A DNA stretch of 12,514 nucleotides from a bacterium. Its GTDB lineage: Bacteria; Zhuqueibacterota; Zhuqueibacteria; Oceanimicrobiales; Oceanimicrobiaceae. The position numbers and the translations under genes are program-made. Below, piece by piece: positions 1-8,129 of this stretch (the stretch's first letter is position 1; every line of letters begins with the position of its first letter). A model generated the notes under the pieces. That model did no database searches and was not told where the DNA came from. It saw nothing but the letters and a program-made list of their open reading frames with translations. Location: NCBI GenBank assembly GCA_046758365.1, contig JBHIAC010000096.1, positions 1 to 12,514 of the forward strand. The letters are read 5' to 3'.

Positions 1-52
1 CGATGAATTAAATAAAGGCCTTCCGGCTCAGTCAAATCCGAAAGGGAAATAA
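1..52 (+). CDS. 3' end of upstream gene, probably OmpH/Skp-family periplasmic chaperone (partial)
   Basis: Frame 2 reads DELNKGLPAQSNPKGK* (TAA 50-52). '...DELNK' resembles the Skp C-terminal helix, and skp usually precedes lpxD. Only 16 codons are visible, so the call rests mostly on synteny. Confidence 0.45.
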   Translation, partial: DELNKGLPAQSNPKGK

Positions 53-94
53 ATATTATTTTTGAATTAAGAGATTTAATTTAAGGATTAGAGT

Positions 95-457
95 TTGGAA
101 AAAATTTCACGGAAGGTCCGTGAAAAACAATTCGCCGAGCTTTTTGATGGTGACATAGAAGGGGCCCCCTCCATAGTCATTATTGGGGCATCATCTTTGG
201 ATTTCTCAGCAGAAAAAGATTTATCATTTTTAGTGCATCGAAAATATTTCAGGTACCTCTATTCCACCAAAGCGTCAACCCTTCTTGTTTATCCAGACTA
301 CCCTGTGTGTTTGAAAAAATTTCCTGTTGAAAATCCTTAATTATCTTTTAATCAAGCGCTAAAAGGATTTTTTGCTTTCAAATAGATTATAATGCCAGGA
401 GTTCATCCCAATGCTGTGATTGGAGCAAAAGTGATGGGGGGTGATGGAATAATTTAA
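95..457 (+). pseudogene. lpxD: Degraded, truncated LpxD (UDP-3-O-acylglucosamine N-acyltransferase)
   Basis: ORF 95-340 matches the LpxD N-terminal domain (FDGDIEG..IVIIGASSL...DLSFLVHRKY..YL.STKAS.LLV...VENP). The same frame continues past TAA 338-340 (where VENPY has Tyr) as LSFNQALKGFFAFK, past TAG 383-385 as IIMPGVHPNAVIGAKVMGGDGII (first hexapeptide repeat, cf. PGIHPTAVI), and stops at TAA 455-457. About two thirds of the gene is absent. Confidence 0.88.
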
Positions 458-513
458 AACTTCAGAGCAATCTGTGATTTATGCTGAATTCTAAATAAAC
501 ATTTCTTTTTTAT

Positions 514-621
514 AGACTTCTGCAAAATAGGGTGTACAACCTTTAGGTTGAAATTGTCATAGGCAGGGTGAAGCCTGTACACCCATTTTGAGCATGCTTT
601 AAATTAATTTTGCAGAAGTCT
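514..621. mobile_element. MITE-like 108-bp element with perfect 15-bp terminal inverted repeats and an internal REP-like inverted doublet
   Basis: AGACTTCTGCAAAAT (514-528) is the exact reverse complement of ATTTTGCAGAAGTCT (607-621). Internal IR GGGTGTACA (530-538)/TGTACACCC (576-584), plus hairpin CAACCT-TT-AGGTTG (537-550). No coding capacity. Confidence 0.65.
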
Positions 622-649
622 GATTTCTTTTTCAATAAATGGAGGGAAG

Positions 650-1153
650 ATGATACAAAAAGAATATGAAAAAAATCAAATTAAATCCAAATACCAATCC
701 ACTAAAGGCGAAGGATTAGTATTAGACGCAACGGCCATTCAGAAAATTTTACCTCACCGTTATCCGTTTTTATTGGTGGACAAAATTATTGACTTAGTGC
801 CCATGGAGCGCGTAGTAGGAATAAAAAATGTTACTCAAAACGAGCCATTCTTTATCGGCCATTTCCCAGGTTATCCCATTATGCCGGGCGTGTTAATATT
901 AGAAGCCATGGCCCAAACCGGTGGGATAATGCTATTAAATACACAACAAAAACCTGAAGAGAAATTAGCCTATTTTACAGGCATCGATAAAGCGAAATTC
1001 AGAAAACCGGTGCGTCCAGGAGATCAGCTCAGGTTTGAACTGGAAATGTTGAAATTTCGCCAGTCCCTCTGTAAAATGATGGGAAAAGCGTATGTAGACG
1101 GCTCTCTAGTCTGCGAAGCAGAATTGTCTGCCGCCGTGGTTAATAGAGATTAG
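650..1153 (+). CDS. fabZ: 3-hydroxyacyl-ACP dehydratase FabZ with ~20-aa N-terminal extension
   Basis: [44 protein letters not shown] (catalytic His/Glu) and [18 protein letters not shown] at 641-646. Confidence 0.97.
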   Translation: MIQKEYEKNQIKSKYQSTKGEGLVLDATAIQKILPHRYPFLLVDKIIDLVPMERVVGIKNVTQNEPFFIGHFPGYPIMPGVLILEAMAQTGGIMLLNTQQKPEEKLAYFTGIDKAKFRKPVRPGDQLRFELEMLKFRQSLCKMMGKAYVDGSLVCEAELSAAVVNRD

Positions 1154-1192
1154 CTGGCAATATGCGATAGCCTTTTAAAGAGTATATTAATG

Positions 1193-1323
1193 CTGCAAAA
1201 AGCTGATCTTCTCTTAATTTTTATCAAAATATTGGTTTTCATAACTGTATTGAACTATTAAATAACCAACGCTCTTTTCATCAATTAAGAAGGTCAGCTT
1301 TTGGATCAATCACCTTTTTGCAG
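1193..1323. repeat. Degenerate nested inverted-repeat element (MITE-like remnant or long hairpin)
   Basis: CTGCAAAAAGCTGAT (1193-1207) matches the reverse complement of 1309-1323 (CTGCAAAAAGGTGAT) at 14/15. AAAAGCTGATCTTCTCTTAATT (1198-1219) also pairs with AATTAAGAAGGTCAGCTTTT (1283-1302) with 1 mismatch and a 2-nt bulge. Inner TTGGTT (1232-1237)/AACCAA (1264-1269). Confidence 0.55.
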
Positions 1324-1393
1324 TTCACTCAAATTTTGTATTTAAGAAAAATATAATAAAATTTGTTTAAAGCAGCCAGCGAGGCGTTATTCG

Positions 1394-2221
1394 ATGAAGT
1401 ACCAAAAAGAGAAATTCTGGCGTTATATAGATTCAGGTACCGCAGATAGTGTATTCAACATGGCGACAGATGAAGCGTTAGCACGATATGCTAGTTCCTG
1501 CATTCCAGTTTTAAGAGTATATCGTTGGCAGCCTTTCACCATTTCCATTGGTTATCACCAGAAATGGCAAGAGATAAATTTGGAGAAGTGCCAAAAGGAT
1601 GGTGTAGATGTTGTTCGTCGACCTACAGGAGGTCGGGCTATCTTTCACTCACATGAAATAACCTATAGTGTAATATTACCCAGAGAGAGTGCTTGGTTCC
1701 AAAAAAATACTTTAGAAGTATATAATCAAATCAGTTCAGCACTAGTACAGGGATTGTACCAATTGGGATTGCCTGTGGTTTTGGAAAGAGTGGAAACCAT
1801 TTCTCCAGAATTTACTCAATACCGAGGAAGCTTCGCCTGTTTTGCTAGCTCTGCAAAATATGAAATACACTTTAAAGGGAAAAAGCTCGTTGGCAGCGCT
1901 CAGCGTCGTTTCAAAAACGCTATACTTCAGCATGGTTCTATTATTTTGGACAATGAACATTTGAAATTACTAAATTATTTATCTCCAAATGGAAATGGTT
2001 CAACAAGCAAAGCTCGGGAACATTTACAGCAGAGAACCGTTTGTATTGAAAGTATTTTGAAGCGAAAAGTAAATTATAAAGACGTGGCAGCCAGCCTAAA
2101 GTCGGGATTTGAAAAATATTTTAATGTCATCTTGCAGTCCGATCAGTTAACCCCGCAGGAGTTGCAGCGGATAAATGAACTTAAACCGAAATATACTCAA
2201 TTTAGTAGGAGGGTGCTATGA
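1394..2221 (+). CDS. Lipoate-protein ligase A family protein (single catalytic domain, LipM octanoyltransferase-like)
   Basis: NMATDEAL, LRVYRW...ISIGYHQ, VVRRPTGGRAIFH..EITYS, CF, KKLVGSAQRR and LQHGSI. At 275 aa it lacks the LplA C-terminal accessory domain. Confidence 0.9.
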   Translation: MKYQKEKFWRYIDSGTADSVFNMATDEALARYASSCIPVLRVYRWQPFTISIGYHQKWQEINLEKCQKDGVDVVRRPTGGRAIFHSHEITYSVILPRESAWFQKNTLEVYNQISSALVQGLYQLGLPVVLERVETISPEFTQYRGSFACFASSAKYEIHFKGKKLVGSAQRRFKNAILQHGSIILDNEHLKLLNYLSPNGNGSTSKAREHLQQRTVCIESILKRKVNYKDVAASLKSGFEKYFNVILQSDQLTPQELQRINELKPKYTQFSRRVL

Positions 2222-3015
2222 GACGTTATTTCTTGTTTGGATTACTATTTACTATTTTTGTCTGCCTTAATGTTCAAATTGCCCAGGCTCAGTATTTTAA
2301 ATTTGATACAGCGCCAGATGAGGAGACAATCAGATCAGAGGTTAACGCCATACTTAAGTTTTTTGGTTCTATCGTTGGGGGCGGACTTTTCCACACCGCA
2401 GACCTACACAGCGTTGGCGGAATTGATGTAGGGCTCCGGGGTGTAGTTGCCAATGTCCCTGAAAACTTCAAAGATCTGCCTGTTTTTTCAAAAGAAAATA
2501 TGGTTGGCTTAGCTTTTTTACATGGGAGTTTTGGGTTACCAGGGAATTTTGAACTCTTGGGTAGATTTTTTTATTTCCCACTTGGAAGCAGCGTAGACAT
2601 GAATGCCAGTCCTCCAAGAGCCACGGATAGCCGAGGCGGCGTAACTTTGATTGGTGGCGGAATTAAATATGGTCTTCTACAATTACCAGCATTACCAAAA
2701 ATTATGGTCATGGGTACCTATCATGCTCTGTTTGTACCTGAAGAGTTTGATTTCGGTACGGTTAGTACCATCAGTTTTAACGGGGTTGCGAGTTATTCTT
2801 TACCGATAATTACAGTTTATGCCGGTGGTGGGATTGATATTACAACATTGAAGCTTAATGAGGATTTCTTAAATGGAGGCCGATTTAATGAAAGGATGCC
2901 ACATTTAACTTTAGGCGCTCAAATACAACCTCTCCCGTTAATACATGTAAACGGCTCCTATAACTTTAGTGAATTTGCTAGTTTTGATCTTGGGATAGGA
3001 ATCAGTTTCAGATAG
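2218..3015 (+). CDS. Secreted hypothetical protein, probable outer-membrane beta-barrel (possibly DUF6588-like)
   Basis: Sec signal (MRRYFLFGLLFTIFVCLNVQIAQA). Gly/aromatic-rich alternating strands and a C-terminal FDLGIGISFR resembling a BamA beta-signal. ATGA overlap with the upstream stop, with AGGAGGG at 2207-2213. Confidence 0.7.
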   Translation: MRRYFLFGLLFTIFVCLNVQIAQAQYFKFDTAPDEETIRSEVNAILKFFGSIVGGGLFHTADLHSVGGIDVGLRGVVANVPENFKDLPVFSKENMVGLAFLHGSFGLPGNFELLGRFFYFPLGSSVDMNASPPRATDSRGGVTLIGGGIKYGLLQLPALPKIMVMGTYHALFVPEEFDFGTVSTISFNGVASYSLPIITVYAGGGIDITTLKLNEDFLNGGRFNERMPHLTLGAQIQPLPLIHVNGSYNFSEFASFDLGIGISFR

Positions 3016-3029
3016 TTATTTAATGAGTC

Positions 3030-3071
3030 AAAAGCAAACCTTTTTGTAAAATAATAAAAAGGTTTGCTTTT
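3030..3071. terminator. Probable bidirectional intrinsic terminator
   Basis: Perfect 16-bp IR AAAAGCAAACCTTTTT (3030-3045)/AAAAAGGTTTGCTTTT (3056-3071), 10-nt loop, just downstream of the stop at 3015. Confidence 0.7.
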
Positions 3072-3093
3072 AAGTTAATTTTGCATTGATAGT

Positions 3094-4242
3094 ATGAAAA
3101 GAATTAGTGTTCTGGGTTCTACAGGCTCGATTGGTACCAATTGCCTGAACGTGATTGCAGCCCAGCAGAATAAATTCGAAATAAAGTATTTAACAACATT
3201 TCAAAATGTTGAACTCTTATTCGAACAGGCAAAGAAACTTAACCCTAAAGCGGTGGCAGTTCAAAAGAAAGAAGCAGCAGTTGAATATATACCCAAGTTT
3301 AAAGAATTAGGGATAGAGGTATTTGTAGGTTTTAAGGGTGTGCTTGAAATCAGTCAAAGAACAGATGTTGATATTGTGGTCAATGCTTTAGTTGGGGCAA
3401 TTGGACTCCAGCCCACCTTGAATGCAATTAGGAAAAATTGTCGCATTGCGCTGGCCAATAAAGAATCGCTGGTTATTGGCGGTCAGTTTGTTATGGAAAA
3501 AGCTCGTGAATTAGGGGCTGAAATTATTCCTATTGATAGTGAGCATAGCGCTCTTCTACAGTGTATTGCTGGCGAAGAACAGACAAAGATTCGTTGCGTA
3601 ATATTAACGGCTTCTGGCGGACCTTTTCGAGAAATTCCTTTTAACAATTTTCCAAATTTGACTGTTGAACAAGCCTTAAATCACCCCAACTGGACAATGG
3701 GACAAAAAATCACGGTTGATTCCGCCACTTTGATGAATAAGGGCTTGGAGGTCATCGAAGCTCATTGGCTCTTTAATTTAGCCCCATCCAAAATTCAGGT
3801 TGTGATTCATCCTCAATCCATTATTCATGGTATGGTCGAGTTTGAAGATGGTTCTGTGAAAGCCCAAATGGGAGTTCCTGATATGCGAATTCCTATTCAA
3901 TATGCTTTGACATATCCAAAGCGAATGGCTTCTAACTTTCCTAGACTCAATTTCTGTCGTCTCAAAGAACTCACTTTTGAACCACCAGATTTAGACAAAT
4001 TTCGTTGTTTAAAGTTGGCCTACGAAGCATTAGAATATGGTGGCTCAGCCCCAGCTATTTTAAATGCGGCGAACGAAGAAGCCGTTAAATTATTTTTAAA
4101 TCGGCGAATTAGATTTGACCAAATTCCTCAAATCGTAGAGGAAACCCTCACTAAGTGTGATAAAAATAGCTTTCATAGAGTAGATGAAATATTAAAATAT
4201 GATTACTTAGCACGGGAATTTGTTAAACAAAGATATAGTTAG
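3094..4242 (+). CDS. dxr: 1-deoxy-D-xylulose 5-phosphate reductoisomerase
   Basis: GSTGSIG, LANKESLV, PIDSEHSA, LTASGGPF, HPNWTMG.KITVDSATLMNKGLEVIEAHWLF, PDMRIPI and NAANE. Confidence 0.98.
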   Translation: MKRISVLGSTGSIGTNCLNVIAAQQNKFEIKYLTTFQNVELLFEQAKKLNPKAVAVQKKEAAVEYIPKFKELGIEVFVGFKGVLEISQRTDVDIVVNALVGAIGLQPTLNAIRKNCRIALANKESLVIGGQFVMEKARELGAEIIPIDSEHSALLQCIAGEEQTKIRCVILTASGGPFREIPFNNFPNLTVEQALNHPNWTMGQKITVDSATLMNKGLEVIEAHWLFNLAPSKIQVVIHPQSIIHGMVEFEDGSVKAQMGVPDMRIPIQYALTYPKRMASNFPRLNFCRLKELTFEPPDLDKFRCLKLAYEALEYGGSAPAILNAANEEAVKLFLNRRIRFDQIPQIVEETLTKCDKNSFHRVDEILKYDYLAREFVKQRYS

Positions 4243-4272
4243 AAGTATTATAAAATTTATATGAGGTTCTGA

Positions 4273-5322
4273 ATGTTTACTACATTATTATCCTTTGCAT
4301 TTGTTTTAGGTTTATTAATATTTGTTCATGAATTAGGGCATTTCGTTACAGCTAAAATGGTGGGCATCCGTGTTGATAGATTCTCTCTGGGTTATCCACC
4401 TAGAATGATTGGAAAGAAAATTGGCGAAACAGATTATTGCATATCCTGGTTACCTTTGGGTGGCTATGTCAAAATGGCTGGTATGATTGATGAAAGCCTC
4501 GACGATACAATTAAAGGCGAACCATGGGAATTTCAATCGAAGCCTGTATGGCAGAGAGCCATTGTAATTTCTGCAGGTTCATTTATGAATATATTTACTG
4601 CCGTTGTTATTTATGCAATGATTGTTTATTCTACGGGAATTGGCGAACCCGTTGGAACCACCGTGGGTGAATTGGTGCCAGGGATGCCTGCCGAGTCTAT
4701 AGGTTTGCAACCAGGTGACATTATTACCGCTGTTAACCAGCAATCTATCAAAACTTGGGAGGAACTAACCAACATCATTCACAATCGTCCCGGTGTTGAG
4801 TTAGATATTCAATGGGTAAGAGAAGGGGAGACTTTTACCTCAAAAGTTACACCTGAATTTCAGCAAGAAAGCAAAATTGGCCTTATTGGTATTGGCCCAA
4901 AAATTCAATATCGAGACACAGGACTCCTTGCAGCTTTTGGCCATGGTGCCAAAATCTCATTTACCATTGTAAAACTTATTGGTTCTGCAATAAAAATGCT
5001 TATTACAGGGGAGGAGTCTTTAAAATCTCTTGGCGGTCCCATAATCATTGCAAAGATAGCTGGAGAAAGTGCGAAAGCAGGACTGCAAAGATTGTTTGAA
5101 TTCACTGCTCTTATCAGTATAAATTTGGGTATATTAAATATTTTGCCAATCCCTGTTTTAGATGGAGGACATCTGATATTTTTGGCCATCGAAGCTATTA
5201 GACGTAAACCGCTTTCCATTAAAACAAGACTGGTTGTCCAGAAAATAGGTATGGCCCTTTTGTTAGCACTAATCGTTTTTATAATTTTTAATGATATTAA
5301 TAAATTAAGACAAGGATGGTAG
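4273..5322 (+). CDS. rseP: RIP metalloprotease RseP (M50 site-2 protease, one PDZ domain)
   Basis: HELGH (HExxH), LPLGGYVKM, PDZ (PAESIGLQPGDIITAVN) and NILPIPVLDGGH. Canonical position after dxr. Confidence 0.97.
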   Translation: MFTTLLSFAFVLGLLIFVHELGHFVTAKMVGIRVDRFSLGYPPRMIGKKIGETDYCISWLPLGGYVKMAGMIDESLDDTIKGEPWEFQSKPVWQRAIVISAGSFMNIFTAVVIYAMIVYSTGIGEPVGTTVGELVPGMPAESIGLQPGDIITAVNQQSIKTWEELTNIIHNRPGVELDIQWVREGETFTSKVTPEFQQESKIGLIGIGPKIQYRDTGLLAAFGHGAKISFTIVKLIGSAIKMLITGEESLKSLGGPIIIAKIAGESAKAGLQRLFEFTALISINLGILNILPIPVLDGGHLIFLAIEAIRRKPLSIKTRLVVQKIGMALLLALIVFIIFNDINKLRQGW

Positions 5323-5440
5323 TTAAGAACATTAGTATGGCCATTTTGTTAACCCTTATGGTTATTATAACCTAAATTGAGCGATTTTATAAGGAAATAA
5401 TGTAAAAATTAGAGATTAATCAGATAGAACTATGATAAAT

Positions 5441-5476
5441 AAAACCAGCGATTAGTAGGGCGCTGGTTTTTTATTT
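5441..5476 (+). terminator. Rho-independent terminator after rseP
   Basis: AAAACCAGCG (5441-5450)/CGCTGGTTTT (5461-5470) stem, 10-nt loop, continuing T-run. Confidence 0.8.
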
Positions 5477-5482
5477 GTACTC

Positions 5483-5511
5483 TTGACTCTTGTCAATATT
5501 TTTACTATCTT
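5483..5511 (+). promoter_or_regulatory. Candidate sigma70 promoter for the aminotransferase-gcvT unit, overlapped by a TTGAC-N4-GTCAA palindrome
   Basis: TTGACT (5483-5488), 17-nt spacer, TATCTT (5506-5511), immediately after the terminator. TTGACTCTTGTCAA at 5483-5496. Confidence 0.55.
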
Positions 5512-5655
5512 TTTTTAGTACTAATTATCATATTTCAAATCTTTCTTTAATAATCATATAACGCTTATTGAAATCTATCAGTTAAAAGTCTGATTATTTA
5601 ATCACGGACTTTCGTTATGGAAATTTTACGATTATCGATTTAAGGAGCATTAGAA

Positions 5656-6819
5656 ATGAAATTCGCTAATAGAATGAATCTTTTAGGGACCGAAACCGCT
5701 TTTGAAGTTATGGCCCGTGCAAAGGCGTTAGAAGCTCAAGGAAAAGACGTAATCCATTTGCAAATAGGCGAACCGGACTTTACTACCCCCAAACATATAA
5801 TTGAAGCTGGCGTGGCAGCGTTGCGGGAAGGTCAAACCCATTATTCGCCAGCCGCTGGAATTATGCCTTTAAGAGAAGCCATTGTTGAAGAAGTTTATGT
5901 TCGTCGTGGGTTACGGCCCAAGGTTGAACAGGTAATTGTAACGCCTGGCGCTAAACCCATTTTATTTTTTGTAATATTCGCCTGCATCGAAGAAGGAGAT
6001 GAAGTAATCTATCCTAACCCTGGATTTCCAATTTATGAATCGGTCATTAACTTTGTCGGCGGTAAGCCCGTCCCGCTACCGTTATGGGAAGAAAATGATT
6101 TCCGTTTTGATCCCAACGAGTTCCGTTCCCTGGTTACTGACCGCACCCGTTTAATTATCATAAACTCTCCACAAAATCCAACAGGCGGTATATTAACCCA
6201 GGAAGATATAGAAGTAATAGCTGAAGTGGCTAAAGAGAAAAATATTTGGGTGCTTTCCGATGAGGTATACAAAAATATAATTTACGAAGGAAAGCATGCG
6301 AGCATATATTCATTACCAGACATGCAGGATAATACCATTCTCTTAGATGGCTTTTCAAAAACCTACGCGATGACTGGTTGGCGTTTGGGATTCGGGGTGT
6401 TGAGAGAAGATTTAGCTCAACATGTAGAACGTTTGATGATAAACAGTAATTCTTGCACAGCAACTTTTTCCCAGTATGCCGCCATTGAAGCGTTACAAGG
6501 CCCAACGCAAGAAGTAGATGCTATGGTGGAGGAATTCAGAAAACGCCGTGATGTAATCGTGGATGGCTTAAACAATATCCCTGGGATTAGTTGTAAAGTC
6601 CCTAAGGGAGCATTTTATGTTTTTCCTAACGTAAAAAAAGTTAACAGGCCTTCCCAATGGCTTGAAAATTATTTATTAAACGAAGCTGGAGTTGCTTTGC
6701 TCGCAGGAACTGCATTTGGGAAATATGGAAAGGGTTATTTAAGGCTTTCCTATGCTAACTCTATTGAAAATATAAAAAAAGGGTTAGCCCGAATAAAATC
6801 AGCGTTAAGTAAGCTATAA
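5656..6819 (+). CDS. PLP-dependent aminotransferase class I/II (aspartate aminotransferase-like)
   Basis: IGEPDFTTP, VTPGAK, NSPQNPTG, SDEVY, GFSKTYAMTGWRLG (PLP lysine), GAFYVF and GYLRLSYA. AAGGAG RBS. Confidence 0.95.
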   Translation: MKFANRMNLLGTETAFEVMARAKALEAQGKDVIHLQIGEPDFTTPKHIIEAGVAALREGQTHYSPAAGIMPLREAIVEEVYVRRGLRPKVEQVIVTPGAKPILFFVIFACIEEGDEVIYPNPGFPIYESVINFVGGKPVPLPLWEENDFRFDPNEFRSLVTDRTRLIIINSPQNPTGGILTQEDIEVIAEVAKEKNIWVLSDEVYKNIIYEGKHASIYSLPDMQDNTILLDGFSKTYAMTGWRLGFGVLREDLAQHVERLMINSNSCTATFSQYAAIEALQGPTQEVDAMVEEFRKRRDVIVDGLNNIPGISCKVPKGAFYVFPNVKKVNRPSQWLENYLLNEAGVALLAGTAFGKYGKGYLRLSYANSIENIKKGLARIKSALSKL

Positions 6820-6837
6820 TCAATAGAGAGGTTAATT

Positions 6838-7926
6838 TTGGAACCGAAAAAAACGGCCCTTTATGAAGCTCATAAAGAATTAGGCGCCAAAATTGTTGAA
6901 TTTGGTGGATATTTAATGCCTGTTCAGTATAAAGGAATTATTGAAGAACACAAACGAGTACGGAACTCTGTTGGTATTTTTGACGTATCGCACATGGGTG
7001 AATTTATCATTAAAGGTGACAACGCTCAAGAATATTTACAACAAATGACTTTGAATGATGTAACAAAATTGGTCGAAAACCGGGCTCAATATAGTGGTAT
7101 GTGTTATGATAACGGAGGGATGGTTGATGATTTGATCGTTTATCGTTTCCCTGAACATTATATGCTCATTGTCAATGCCGCTAATCGTGTAAAAGATTTT
7201 CAGTGGCTGAAAGAGCATCTAATCTCGGGCGTTGAGCTTACTGATATCAGCGATGAGTTCAGTCTTTTCGCAGTACAGGGTAGAAATGCTGAAGCAACCC
7301 TGCAAAAGTTAACCGACTTGAATTTATCTGAAATTAAATATTATTGGTTCCGAGAAGGAAAGATAGCCGGCGTCCATGCCGTCATCTCACGAACGGGTTA
7401 TACAGGCGAGGATGGCTTTGAAGTAGGGTTTGATGCCAGTCAATCCATAAAAGTGTGGGGCGCAATTTTAGAAGCCGGTAAAAAGTTTGAAATTGATCCC
7501 ATTGGACTGGGGGCACGTGATACACTCAGGTTAGAAATGAAATATTGTCTATATGGGAATGATATAGATGAAACCACCAATCCCATTGAAGCAGGTTTAG
7601 GTTGGATCACGAAAATAGAAAAAGGCGATTTCATTGGGCGTGACGCAATCATCAAGGCCAAAGAAGGAGGAGTTTCTAAAAAGTTAGTAGGATTTGAACT
7701 AAAAGAAAGAGCTTTTCCCAGGCATGGTTATAAAATTATGAAGGACGGCAAAGAAATTGGTCATGTTACTAGTGGAACTTTTTCACCGAGTCTTGACAAG
7801 GGCATTGGAATTGGATATATCAATGTTCCCTTTAATGAAGTAGGCACACCGGTTACGATTACCATCCGAGGACGTGAAATACCGGCTCAAGTAGTTAAAA
7901 CACCATTTTATCAGAGACCTTATTAA
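6838..7926 (+). CDS. gcvT: Glycine cleavage system aminomethyltransferase T
   Basis: EFGGYLMPVQY, FDVSHMGE, VNAAN..KD, SRTGYTGEDGFE, GLGARDTLRLE and VTSGTFSPSL. TTG start after GAGAGG. Confidence 0.97.
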   Translation: MEPKKTALYEAHKELGAKIVEFGGYLMPVQYKGIIEEHKRVRNSVGIFDVSHMGEFIIKGDNAQEYLQQMTLNDVTKLVENRAQYSGMCYDNGGMVDDLIVYRFPEHYMLIVNAANRVKDFQWLKEHLISGVELTDISDEFSLFAVQGRNAEATLQKLTDLNLSEIKYYWFREGKIAGVHAVISRTGYTGEDGFEVGFDASQSIKVWGAILEAGKKFEIDPIGLGARDTLRLEMKYCLYGNDIDETTNPIEAGLGWITKIEKGDFIGRDAIIKAKEGGVSKKLVGFELKERAFPRHGYKIMKDGKEIGHVTSGTFSPSLDKGIGIGYINVPFNEVGTPVTITIRGREIPAQVVKTPFYQRPY

Positions 7927-8129
7927 TTTATTGTTAGACAATGTGGTATCAACTTCAGTCGTAATTAGTATTAGCATTAAATGCAAACCATATCAGGAAT
8001 TGACACAGCAAAAGAGAGAATCGCCTATTAAAAAATATGGCTTGGAATAATTATTTTGACCTTATAGTCTAAAAGAAATTAATTTTCTGATTATTTTTAA
8101 AAATTTGATCTTAATTTGAGGCCTCTAAT

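Noticed and set aside
338..385. Stop-codon readthrough or alternative genetic code rescuing lpxD
   Set aside because: Two different stops (TAA, TAG) are involved, both terminate normal genes in this window, and most of the catalytic beta-helix is missing anyway.
5360..5372. Palindrome GGTTAT-T-ATAACC after rseP
   Set aside because: Short, AT-rich, single occurrence, and upstream of the terminator with no supporting context.
5512..6837. Glycine riboswitch upstream of the aminotransferase or gcvT
   Set aside because: The leader is very AT-rich with no recognisable aptamer core, and only 18 nt separate the aminotransferase from gcvT.
7981..8031. Mini-ORF MQTISGIDTAKERIAY resembling the IS110 N-terminal GIDxAK motif
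   Set aside because: Only 16 codons with no further transposase similarity, indistinguishable from chance.
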